NCBI GenBank assembly: GCA_963713605.1
Contig: CAVQMO010000010.1
Location: forward strand, 448,001 to 512,000
Direction of reading: 5' to 3'
DNA: 64,000 nucleotides
Origin: an uncultured Nitrososphaerales archaeon
GTDB taxonomy: Archaea > Thermoproteota > Nitrososphaeria > Nitrososphaerales > Nitrososphaeraceae
Shown here piece after piece: positions 45,890-55,690 of this stretch. A program made the position numbers and the translations under genes. Under the pieces are notes generated by a model. The model did not search any database. It had not been told where the DNA came from and saw nothing but the letters and a program-made list of their open reading frames with translations. Every line of letters begins with the position of its first letter. Within the stretch, counting starts at the first letter, position 1.

Positions 45890-46151
45890 ATGAATACAAA
45901 GTATTTCGTAATTGTTGGAGCGATACCAGCTATGCTCATCGGAGCTACAGCATTTGCAACAACAGACAGTGCATTTGCCGGAGGCAAGAAAAAATATGAA
46001 AAAAATCAAGTGATCTCACAGACTAACGCTTGTGGAAATGATGAACTACCACTAAATATTGGATGTCAAAACATTGATCCCCAGATTCAAGGCGATGAAA
46101 ATCAAGTAGCTCTCAGCAGCAGATCAAGCATTCCCATCCATAGCGCCATAA
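45890..46151 (+). CDS. secreted two-Cys Q/N-rich peptide, copy 2 (3' frameshift)
   Basis: SQTNACGNDELPLNIGCQNIDPQIQGDEN; removing one base near 46114 gives VALAADQAFPSIAP*, matching copy 5 (VSLAADQTFPAI). Confidence 0.85.
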
Positions 46152-46220
46152 CAGATAGCTCCACAACGTTCTTCTTTTGATCCTTTTGTTAGCTGTATTT
46201 TCCATATATTGATGGAACAT

Positions 46221-46231
46221 AAATCAGATTT
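46221..46231. promoter_or_regulatory. perfect palindrome AAATCAGATTT upstream of peptide gene 3
   Basis: 70 bp before ATG. Confidence 0.6.
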
Positions 46232-46290
46232 AATTTAGTGCTTGATCTTTCTTAAGATAGAAAAGTAATACGCCTATTACCATTGATAAT

Positions 46291-46524
46291 ATGAACACAA
46301 AATATTTCGTAATTGTTGCAGCAGTGGCGTTAATGTTAGTTGGTGCAACGGCACTCTCTACTACAGATAGCGCATTTGCTGATAAGAAATACGAGAAGAG
46401 TCAAGCTGCATCTCAAGTAAATGATTGTGGTAATGGTGAATTACCATTGAACGTCTTCTGTCAAAATCTATTATCTCAAATACAAGGTGATGGAAACGCA
46501 GCTAACATAATTGGAGTGCAATAA
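46291..46524 (+). CDS. secreted two-Cys Q/N-rich peptide, copy 3
   Basis: SQVNDCGNGELPLNVFCQNLLSQIQGDGN; T8 tract at 46552-46559. Confidence 0.85.
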   Translation: MNTKYFVIVAAVALMLVGATALSTTDSAFADKKYEKSQAASQVNDCGNGELPLNVFCQNLLSQIQGDGNAANIIGVQ

Positions 46525-46736
46525 CAAGCAGACCGGAAGCCGACTATCACCTTTTTTTTGATTTTGAACTTGATGTGAAATTATAGCGTCCTATGATTGA
46601 TGAGGTAATAATGACTAGTCTGAAATATCTAAGATTTTTTTGTTAAATATGATAGAATAGTTATATGACTACTGTATTCTATTGTTTTTTCTTAATTGAC
46701 ATTAACGCCAAGCAACATACTATCTGTTGACAGAGT

Positions 46737-47024
46737 ATGAATTATAATGCAATAGCTATAGCTATATTTGGACTGAGTATGATCCTAATAGCTTTGAATT
46801 CACCTATCTCTACCCATTTAGTGTTTGCAGGTGGTTATGAGAAGAGTCAAGTTATATCTCAAGTTAATGAATGCGGAAACTATTGGTTTCCAGTGAATAT
46901 AATATGCTCTAACTTAAACTCCCAGACCCAAGGTGAAGAAAATAATGTCGCAATAGCCACAACCCCAGAGAGCGGAAGCACAGATTCTAACTCCAACACA
47001 AATTACGGTACTCCATTTCCGTAG
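46737..47024 (+). CDS. secreted two-Cys Q/N-rich peptide, copy 4 (divergent)
   Basis: SQVNECGNYWFPVNIICSNLNSQTQGEEN. Confidence 0.8.
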   Translation: MNYNAIAIAIFGLSMILIALNSPISTHLVFAGGYEKSQVISQVNECGNYWFPVNIICSNLNSQTQGEENNVAIATTPESGSTDSNSNTNYGTPFP

Positions 47025-47209
47025 AGCTTTATTGGCTAAAAAGCAACCCATAGAATACGATACTACTCCGCAACTTAGCACCATGGAAACTAAAGTCTCA
47101 TGTACTTAGAACTATAGCAGTGAATTAGGGGTTAATTTTCGTTCAATCGTAATCTGAAGAAATAGTATAGAGATTCACAAATTGTTACTATCTATGGAAT
47201 GTAGTAGTA

Positions 47210-47425
47210 ATGAGTTTTCATTTCACTCAGCAATATCAGCTTCTAATAATGGTGTGTTTGTTGTCTGGGGAGAAGGTACTGACCCAAACTTCCATACAAA
47301 CATTCTTTTCAAGAGTAGCGCTACAGACTGGATCCATATTTGACCGAACAATAAGTCTCACTAACCATCAGGGTAATCCAGGCGTACAGTCAAACAGTCC
47401 AGCAATATCATCTTCTGCATCGTAG
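47210..47425 (+). pseudogene. fragment of sialidase/BNR-like repeat surface protein
   Basis: Across frames: SNNGVFVVWGEG..NILFKSS and FDRTISLTN..SNSPAISSS. Confidence 0.45.
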
Positions 47426-47708
47426 TGCTCCAAATCTACCAATGACCGAGTAAGCGAGTAAACGAATAAATCGGACATTAAGAATGATTGAAGAGAAACA
47501 GAATGGACGCTGCATTTCTTGTAAAGATCATCTTGTTGTTCGCAGTGGACGACCAAGAAATTAATATAGTCTACCCATCGGTTGAATTTCATTATAAAAT
47601 AAATTACAAAATAGCAGCTAGTATCAGTCGGTAACAATAACCAATATGACTGTAACAAGTGATAACAGATCGAAAAAGCTTTGTAGCGCTCATTGCCAAT
47701 AGAATATA

Positions 47709-48032
47709 TTGCAAGTGGTATTAAACAAGCAAGAAAAAGAACATCTTGTGGTCAAGCTGTATCACGAAGGTAAGTCAATTCGGGAGATAGCACAGCAAGC
47801 GCATTTATCTTTTGGGACCATAGGCAAGATCGTTAGACGAATAAATAGCCAAGATGAAGATGAAACTGTACCGAATGATATGATTAATAAAAGCAAAGAA
47901 ACTCAGGCATTGAATCTCTTCTTGCAAGGTAAGCGCCCCGTCGACGTTGCTATAGAATTAGATCTCAGCAAGGTAGAGAATATATTACAAGAATTTTGGG
48001 TATTGAACAAGCTAGACGAACTTGCCAATTAG
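47709..48032 (+). CDS. HTH protein (multicopy thaumarchaeal family), probably truncated
   Basis: LYHEGKSIREIAQQAHLSFGTIGKI; GKRPVDVAIELDL. Confidence 0.7.
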   Translation: MQVVLNKQEKEHLVVKLYHEGKSIREIAQQAHLSFGTIGKIVRRINSQDEDETVPNDMINKSKETQALNLFLQGKRPVDVAIELDLSKVENILQEFWVLNKLDELAN

Positions 48033-48103
48033 AGTCGAATCCAATACTGAACAAGTCGACCGTGGAATCTCCAATAAGAACTAAATAGCCAGTTTAGATT
48101 TAA

Positions 48104-48376
48104 TTAGATCTCAAATTCTTTCACAGTATTTTCTGATATATTAAAATAAACTTGGTTCTCATCATAACGGTGAACCTTAGTTTTTGGAATCAAAAATACG
48201 TGTTCTTTTTTATTTTCACCATCTATTACAACAAGCTTATCTTTGTATTCCGCAAACACTCTTCCAATTTCTCTACCTTGGATGATATTTTTGTTAGTTT
48301 CATTATAGTTTATGATAGCAGAAGCTCTATGAGATGCATAATACTCTACTAATAAATCATCTCTATTATCTCTCAT
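48104..48376 (-). CDS. PRC-barrel-like small protein, tandem copy A
   Basis: REIGRVFAE..HVFLIPK..NISENTVKEFEI. Confidence 0.7.
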   Translation of the reverse strand: MRDNRDDLLVEYYASHRASAIINYNETNKNIIQGREIGRVFAEYKDKLVVIDGENKKEHVFLIPKTKVHRYDENQVYFNISENTVKEFEI

Positions 48377-48514
48377 TCCAAAAGTTATTCATAAAAGTAT
48401 ATAATCATTATATTTGGTTTATTTCAAATTCATAGACGGCAGTATAAGAAATATCAATAAATTAACATCTATGACTTTCCGGCCATATATCGAATAAAAT
48501 AGTGGTGTTGTCAA

Positions 48515-48895
48515 CTACATCTCAAATTCTTTCAGAGAATTTTCTGAGATGTTAATATCTACCCGCTTATCACCGTAATAATCGATACTTTTCTTGGGGA
48601 TCAAATATACATGAGCTTTCTTAAAAACATCATCAACTATTATTAGTCTATTTTTGGATTCTGCGATCACCGTTCCAATTTCTCTGTCTTTATTATGAGA
48701 CAAGAAAGCTGAAGCACTATAAAAAGTATAGTTTCCCAATGAATCACCAATACTGACTATATTGCTTTTCATAGTGAAACACTGGGAAATATCCATAAAA
48801 GTATATAACCGTTGGTAAGTTTCGTGCGCTTTTATAGAATAATTGATCTTTGGTGTAATCACGACAGCAATAAGAACAAAGCCGCTTTTAGACAA
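48515..48895 (-). CDS. PRC-barrel-like small protein, tandem copy B
   Basis: REIGTVIAE..HVYLIPK..NISENSLKEFEM; real start probably ATG ~48772. Confidence 0.7.
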   Translation of the reverse strand: MSKSGFVLIAVVITPKINYSIKAHETYQRLYTFMDISQCFTMKSNIVSIGDSLGNYTFYSASAFLSHNKDREIGTVIAESKNRLIIVDDVFKKAHVYLIPKKSIDYYGDKRVDINISENSLKEFEM

Positions 48896-49079
48896 ACTGC
48901 ATATGTAGTCTCAAGAGCATTTGTAGCCATGAGCATCTGAAATATCCATCAATCGCTAAAATAGATTCAGGATCTATCCACATTTCCAGAAACTATATCG
49001 AGCACTTTTAAGAGTAGACTTTTGTACCAGTGAGGGACATATGACCGCAAAATAACAGATAATAAAAACTGTAGCAATT

Positions 49080-49559
49080 CTAGGGAATTTGAAAAACATC
49101 TACTTTATCGATTGCAATTTCTTCCACTATTTCAGACCATTCGACACGATATATGTTATCTAATGCTCTAATATTCTGCAGGATTTGATGTAATTCCTGC
49201 GACGATTTGTAGCGTATCTGGGCACCCAAATTAATCTCTGGGCTGCCTATTCGCAATGATGCACTCACGATATTTTTGCTGTTTTCTTGCACGATATTGC
49301 TGGCAGTTGAATGCGGATCACCACCATTATTCATGCCGATCAAAAGATCAGCTATTCTCCAGCCAAATGTGCTAAGATCTATACTATACATCTTATTCAG
49401 GATGGATCTTTCTAGGGCGGCTCTTCTTCTTTGAACCGTTGATAGCGGAGCTTCTATCTTTTCTGAAATATGTTTACTTGATAAATGGGGGTCGTGAATT
49501 AACTCGTTTATGATACTCTTGTCTATTCTATCCATCGAAGCTCTGTTATTATTTTGCAC
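49080..49559 (-). CDS. Lrp/AsnC-like regulator
   Basis: DRIDKSIINEL..SSKHISEKIEAPLSTVQRRRAALE. Confidence 0.8.
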   Translation of the reverse strand: MQNNNRASMDRIDKSIINELIHDPHLSSKHISEKIEAPLSTVQRRRAALERSILNKMYSIDLSTFGWRIADLLIGMNNGGDPHSTASNIVQENSKNIVSASLRIGSPEINLGAQIRYKSSQELHQILQNIRALDNIYRVEWSEIVEEIAIDKVDVFQIP

Positions 49560-49914
49560 AAATTTCCCTTCGATGATAGATTGTACATCACGCCATAATA
49601 GGGGTTTGGGTAGAATGAGAGCATTTCTTGACTCTTCTAAGCATTTAGAGCATCTTATTTGAGTAAATTATCTACACTGATATGACAATTAACCGGCAGA
49701 ATAGCTAAACAGAGGTTACGGCGCAACTAAAATGCCATCGACAGTACCGTCAGCCCATCGAACAATATCACAATCACAGCTCATTGATTACAATCGGATA
49801 ACTGAAAAGTTAGCAGCCGCAAGCAGCGATGGCGAAGTTTAATGGCAAATGGATCGATATCTATTTCATAAGCATTAGAAGGCAACGGTATTCGATGTAA
49901 TCTCCAACCTTTAA

Positions 49915-50610
49915 ATGGAAATATACACCATTAATTACCAACACTTATATACCCACCTAGATAGAGTAACGACATGTCAAAGAGAGAACAAGACAAAGTC
50001 TATCGAAGACACCAAAAAGGTCGCTGAACAAGCGAAAAGCGTAGAAGATAAACTCGATGCAGCCGTAGCATTGCAAGAAATTGGACAACGACAAGTGACA
50101 GCACAAGAATTTCAATCTACAATTGAACGTTCACTAGATGAAACAAAAAAGAATTTAAGAAAATCAATAGATGAAGCAAAAAGTCAAGTTCCACAATATG
50201 CAAACGTTGTTAAAAACTATGAAGAACAAGCACTCGAATCAACTGGAAAAATGGTCGAAGATTTTATCGAAACTCAAAAGACGGTAATGAATTCCATCTT
50301 TAGTTCTGCAACGCCATATTATGAGAATGTTAATAAAATGTACAATTATTGGTATTCTCCAAAAGTCTCAGCAGAGACATATATCAGATCTGTCAACAAT
50401 ATTGCTGAAAACCTCTCAGCATCAGTAAGAATAAGCAATGACATCTTATTTGGAAATATTGAAGCTTTTGGAAACGCATTCGAACGAGCACAACGACATA
50501 CAAAAGAGCTTTCAAGAATAAATGTGGATAATGCAAAAACCATCGCAAACACAGCAAGAGAAACTGCTGCAGAGTTATCAGTTAATAGACAAAGAGAAGT
50601 TTACACATAG
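49915..50610 (+). CDS. amphipathic helical protein (phasin-like)
   Basis: All-helical A/E/Q/N-rich; likely true ATG at 49974 is out of frame (indel). Confidence 0.7.
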   Translation: MEIYTINYQHLYTHLDRVTTCQRENKTKSIEDTKKVAEQAKSVEDKLDAAVALQEIGQRQVTAQEFQSTIERSLDETKKNLRKSIDEAKSQVPQYANVVKNYEEQALESTGKMVEDFIETQKTVMNSIFSSATPYYENVNKMYNYWYSPKVSAETYIRSVNNIAENLSASVRISNDILFGNIEAFGNAFERAQRHTKELSRINVDNAKTIANTARETAAELSVNRQREVYT

Positions 50611-50628
50611 AACTGTCTGTCAGCTAGC

Positions 50629-50652
50629 CATCTAGTTAGATATAACTAGATG
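50629..50652. terminator. perfect 10-bp inverted repeat between convergent genes
   Basis: catctagtta-gata-taactagatg followed by a T-rich stretch. Confidence 0.6.
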
Positions 50653-50697
50653 AATTAATTATTTTTGTTCTGTGCTCATCTAGGAACGCAACCCTGT

Positions 50698-51160
50698 TCA
50701 GTGCTCAAAATCTTGAACTTCCAAAGTATCAAAGTCTGTCCACATATTCATTCCAGTAGCAACAAAAACCTGAAAGTGAAGATGTGGCAGATATGTATAC
50801 CCGGTCATACCGACTCTCAGCTATTTCTTCACCTGCTCTGACATGTTGACCAGCTTTCACTCTTGAACTATTGTAGCTTAAATGATCGTATCTTGAGTAT
50901 TCTCCATTTGAGTGCATAATTACAATGAAGTTGGTATGACTCCAATAGATTGGGTTAGATCCCCCAGTATTAGAGTCATCTTTAACAAAAGTCACTAACC
51001 CGTCAGCTGCAGCAAGAACAGATGTCTCTTCGTCAGCTATAAAATCAATTGCGTTTCGAAGGTTGCCTTGGTGAGCAGGCGATGAACTTCTATCGATACG
51101 CTGTAACTGATCTCTCGATACCGGTAGTTTATATCTATTAATAGCATTTTTACTCATCAT
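50698..51160 (-). CDS. M23 family metallopeptidase, frameshifted near 50817
   Basis: H..NAIDF, VLAAADG.V, YDHL, VKAGQHVRAGEEIA, then shifted frame VGMTGYTYLPHLHFQV (HxH). Confidence 0.85.
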
Positions 51161-51443
51161 AGGTTTTGTTTCTTATTGAGATGTCATACTGTATAACTTT
51201 TAACGGTTTTATAACTCAATTCCACTCGAAGTATTGGTTGTTGATACCCTCAGCCCATATCCGTAAAATATAACAAAAAGCGGTTGTTGGGCGCCAACTT
51301 GATCGCTCATGGGGTTGAGATTGGATATTACCATTCAATAATAAGCAATATTGAATAAAAGTATTATAATAACGTTAGACATGGTTAGCCAACAAGCTCT
51401 TTAGAAATATTCTATATATATAAAAAATAGAACGTAGCCGACT

Positions 51444-51737
51444 TCACCAATGTCTGTTGCTGCCATCTTTATCAAGGTAATCGGCGATTTCATCAAATGA
51501 CAAACCCGAGTCATTCAGATCAATCATGAAAAAATCATCATGAAGGCCAGTTTTTGCTAAGGCGGCATGTACACTCATAGTTATATCAGAATTAGGGTTA
51601 CCATCCCAGCCGAAATAAGACAAGATGACACCCATCGCGCATCTTCCGTTAATTCCATCAGTGTATTGCTCTCTGATCTGTGTATACTGCTTACCATATG
51701 TACGCAGAATCTGAGAAGCAGTCAATTCATGTTTCAA
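51444..51737 (-). CDS. hypothetical protein
   Basis: GRCAMGVILSYFGW..LNDSGLSFDEIADYL. Confidence 0.7.
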   Translation of the reverse strand: MKHELTASQILRTYGKQYTQIREQYTDGINGRCAMGVILSYFGWDGNPNSDITMSVHAALAKTGLHDDFFMIDLNDSGLSFDEIADYLDKDGSNRHW

Positions 51738-51820
51738 TAGTTGGTTGTAAACAACAAGCTATTTAGAGACTGCAGATATACTCTCTTCGTAAAATATAAC
51801 ATCTTCTCTGATACTAGTGG

Positions 51821-52012
51821 ATGAAAACAACATCTAATCAAGTTAAATACCTTGTTGACTTGCTTATAGCAATGGTTCTCGGAACTATAGTGTACGTAAT
51901 TCTAGTTATTATTGCCATAATCATTATAATATTACTGCTAAAGTTTCTATTTCAATTGTTCTTTGTAATACCTGTTGGAACAGACTATTCTACCGATCTT
52001 CTGTATGCTTAA
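51821..52012 (+). CDS. small membrane protein
   Basis: Long hydrophobic stretch. Confidence 0.55.
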   Translation: MKTTSNQVKYLVDLLIAMVLGTIVYVILVIIAIIIIILLLKFLFQLFFVIPVGTDYSTDLLYA

Positions 52013-52102
52013 GAGATTTTATTGCCGATGAACTAGAAATAATATTGAGTTTAATAGCGTAGTATTTGTGATAATAGTGTCTCGGACTAGAAGCTGAAGT
52101 TA

Positions 52103-52693
52103 TTACTGCCAGATTTTTACAATAACAGCATTCTCTGTAACATCGCAAGATGATTTTGTTTCAAATGCTACTTCCAACAGATATCTAGAGATCTCTTTAA
52201 TTAGATACGAATACTTCCGTCCCATGTCATGCTCAATAATAATTTTATAGATACCCCCAATGACTTCAACTCTGTGTGACATCTGTGCTATTCTTAACCA
52301 TGTTTCTGCAATCTCTGAGATTGATGCAATATTAAACCCTCCCCGTAGAAATAAACATACATCTACAAGATCATTCTTTGCCGTCTCCATGGCTAGCTCA
52401 TTTAATTCATCATTTGTGAGTTCGTTAAGCAATCTAATTAAAAATGATTTTGGCAGATAGTATAACTTGGCATGTGCTGCCATACTATGCCAATCAAGAT
52501 ATGATTTGATTATCTGGTTAACAAGTGTATTTGGAGAAATATTTCTAGTATTGGCTGCTTTACGCAGTTGCTCTAATTTTTCTTTTGATAACCGAAATGT
52601 AGCACCCTTAGTAGATTGTTTAGTTATTGTGCCGCCGGCTTCAACAGACCCAGAGAAATAACTGACCATAATTAAATATTGCACCAGATACAC
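52103..52693 (-). CDS. ribbon-helix-helix-containing thaumarchaeal protein
   Basis: TFRLSKEKLEQLRKAA..ISPNTLVNQII..YLDW; IIEHDMGRKYS. Confidence 0.75.
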   Translation of the reverse strand: MYLVQYLIMVSYFSGSVEAGGTITKQSTKGATFRLSKEKLEQLRKAANTRNISPNTLVNQIIKSYLDWHSMAAHAKLYYLPKSFLIRLLNELTNDELNELAMETAKNDLVDVCLFLRGGFNIASISEIAETWLRIAQMSHRVEVIGGIYKIIIEHDMGRKYSYLIKEISRYLLEVAFETKSSCDVTENAVIVKIWQ

Positions 52694-52803
52694 CGAATGC
52701 TTATTCTAAATAACATCATTTTAAATCTGTATCGACACGTGTCAGTTTTTTCGCTTCAAGAAACAAACTGGATGATGATGTCTTTCTCCGCAGCAAATAA
52801 GAT

Positions 52804-53082
52804 TTATTTGAACTTGGCTTGATCAATCCTAGCTAGTTTTTCTTCTAACGCACGACTCTTTTGATTTAGTTGTCGATCCAAGTTCGATATGATCTGTTTC
52901 TTTTCTTCAATCTTCATATGATATCGCATCTGTAACTTATCCAGTTGTAATAGACTTGAGCTTAACTTTACTATTTCATCACCTAATCGCTTCTTCTTCC
53001 ATTCCAAATCAATTGCATTGCTGCTCAGTCTTTGAAACCTGTTTTGCAATGACGGCAGATAATAGCTCGCATATCTCTGCAA
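52804..53082 (-). pseudogene. coiled-coil C-terminal fragment
   Basis: LPSLQNRFQRLSSNAIDLEWKKK; no clear start. Confidence 0.45.
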
Positions 53083-53505
53083 CTTGAAGATATATTTTCT
53101 ATTTAGTATTCGATGTCTAGTACAGTTCTACACTCGTGACATAATTTAATTACAAGCTGCTCTTTGTCGTTGCTTAATGTTTGCATACTACATATTTGGA
53201 ACTGTTGTTAGATAGCTTTTTCTATTTGCTATCACCTGCTACTGCATTCAAGCGCGCTGCTACTGATTGCTACTATTTGTTATTTTATGTCGAATATACT
53301 GAGTCCATCGCGATGGATTATCGTTAGAATATCTTAGATATTGTGTTCAGACATGACAGGCAGTCAATCATAGTATATCTCCATAGTAGTACCATATTCC
53401 AGACAATACTTCAATCACACTGGTTACGTGTCAAAGCATATCAACATTGACGTGGCACTTCAGTAGAGTTAGTTTAGGTAGCTCTTTGACTGTCCATTAT
53501 CTACG

Positions 53506-54189
53506 ATGCGGTCTCCAGAAAAAGATACATCGATAAAAGCAGTAGTACAGAAAGAGGGCCTCCCTATTAGGGTTATTCAGCTATATGTTACTGATGATAG
53601 TTCGGTGAAGAATGCAGTAGATCATATAATATCTGAAGCTGGCCGAATTGATGTTCTGGTAAACAATGCAGGTTATTCACTTGGAGGCGCATTAGAGGAT
53701 CTTTCAACAGAAGAGATTAAGTCTCAGTACGAAACTAACTTATTTGGACTGATAAGAGTTACTCAAGCAGTTCTACCCACAATGAGAAAACAAAGATCAG
53801 GTAGAATTCTAAATATAAGTTCGGGTGCTGGTATCTTTGGTTTCCCCGGATTATCAGTTTATGTTAGTACTAAATTTGCCGTCGAGGGTCTGAGTGAATC
53901 TATTGCATACGAATTGGAGCCATTTGGAATACGAGTGATCTTGATAGAACCTGGCTTTGTTAAGACTAACTTTGAACATGCAATGATCGTAGCCAAAAAA
54001 GCGCAAGACCCGGCATCGCCATACTCTGAGCTGATGCAAAAAATAATGGCTAGTGCGAGGGAACTAGCAAAGAATGCATCTGATGCAGAATTAGTTGCAA
54101 ATATTATCTTGGATGCTGCTTCCAATCCAAATCCTCGTCTCCGATATTTGGCAGGTAAAGATGTAGAATCTTGGGCTGCAGGTAAGTGA
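53506..54189 (+). pseudogene. short-chain dehydrogenase/reductase lacking the N-terminal TGxxxGxG and the C-terminal end
   Basis: RIDVLVNNAGY, NISS, YVSTKFAVEG (YxxxK) and IEPG present; Rossmann glycine motif absent. Confidence 0.75.
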
Positions 54190-54224
54190 GGCGCATACTC
54201 AATACATAATTTCTGGTAGACTCA

Positions 54225-54400
54225 AAGTAGTAATGGATGATGGTACTGAAGAAGAATGTGGTCTTGGAGATGCTGCTGTAATTCCTCCTGGATATAATAC
54301 TTAGGTTGTGGGAAATGAACCTGTGGTTGCTATAGATTTTACTGGTCTAAAAGAATACGCCAAGACAGATAATTTCTTGACAGAAAAACTACTGACTTAG
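54225..54400 (+). pseudogene. cupin C-terminal fragment
   Basis: KVVMDDGTEEECGLGDAAVIPPGYNT*VVGNEPVVAIDFTGLKEYAK. Confidence 0.65.
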
Positions 54401-54791
54401 TTTCCACTATTTCTCCATCTGATGTATTCCACTTCTAAAGGCACTACATCCTGGGGTGTGGGGATTCTTACAACTTGCAACGTGACCGCTAAGTGACAGT
54501 GTTGGCGGCAATCTCTGGCAGAAGAACCTTTGGCTGATGCGTTCAGATTGTCGCTACAGTTTTGGCGCTAAGGTGCAGAAGCATACGCAGACTCACTTAT
54601 CATTCACTGGCCAGATAATTACACTTCTTTCAATATAATAAGTTGCAAAACCTGTGAATAGCAGTAATCCAACATTCATACAGTTCACTGGAGGGGTCAA
54701 TTGCGCAACAGTACGCTTGGATACTGGGACTCGATTAGGTATATGAAAAAAGAGATAATAATGACTATTAGGATACTAACAACTGCAAACA

Positions 54792-55121
54792 TTGACCTCT
54801 TTGCCTACCGATCCTAACGATAACGATAACGACGATATCATACTGATGAATGAACTAAGGATTCACGATGAAAGTCTAACTAAGGAAATGTTTGATGTGG
54901 TTCTGGATCAGAATAAAATGCTAAATGTTCTAATAAAGAAACTTCAACTTTATAACGAAACCGAAGCTGCTTTGAAGGAGTCCAGGAATAAACTCGTTGT
55001 AGGTTTCATGAAAGTGGCAGTAGAAAATAGAATGATGATTACACAGATAAAGAAGGATATGGAGCTTAAAGTTGGAGATCTTGCGAAACGAGTAGAGAAG
55101 TTAGAAGAAGGAAGAAAATAG
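54792..55121 (+). CDS. coiled-coil hypothetical protein
   Basis: 109-aa helical ORF ending RVEKLEEGRK. Confidence 0.6.
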   Translation: MTSLPTDPNDNDNDDIILMNELRIHDESLTKEMFDVVLDQNKMLNVLIKKLQLYNETEAALKESRNKLVVGFMKVAVENRMMITQIKKDMELKVGDLAKRVEKLEEGRK

Positions 55122-55690
55122 AAATAGCTAAACCATAAAACATGAACAAACTACTAGAATACCATAGACTGTTATACCAAATATTTAACTGTTACCAGAA
55201 CAGAATTTATTCCCTTTAGTGGTAAACTATCCTTAATCGGTATAGGGAAAGCCATAGCCCGGCAAATGAGGTAGGGGAGAGAGTATAGGAAAAGGAGGTG
55301 AACAAGGAGAGATGAAATCAAAGAACACAAGAATATGTAATTGTCTGCAAAGTTAAAAAGGCCACTGTTAGAAACCCAAACGGTCAATGGTGCTGCCGTA
55401 AGTGTAACGGCACAGTCACAATAGTGACTAATACGATTGGACGAATACTTACTAGGAACCCAGAACTTGCAAAGGTAATAAGTAAAAAGCAGTAGTAATA
55501 GTACTACCCTGATTTTATCGAACCTTTTTCCCGGAAACACGTTATTCTTACTGTTTTTTACCTTGCAGCCTGACTTTTCCCTGAAGCAGTTATATAAAGA
55601 ACTATTGCGGAAGGTTGAATAAATGAGCTATAGAAATCATTTGTTTTGTATGTGTAAACGGCTGCTACTAAGACTTTCATTCACGCGTCT

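Noticed and set aside
45510..47024. RiPP precursor cluster
   Set aside because: The leaders are hydrophobic Sec-type signals, and no adjacent modifying enzyme, peptidase or ABC exporter is present. The only radical SAM gene is 39 kb away and SplB-like. Action in trans cannot be fully excluded.
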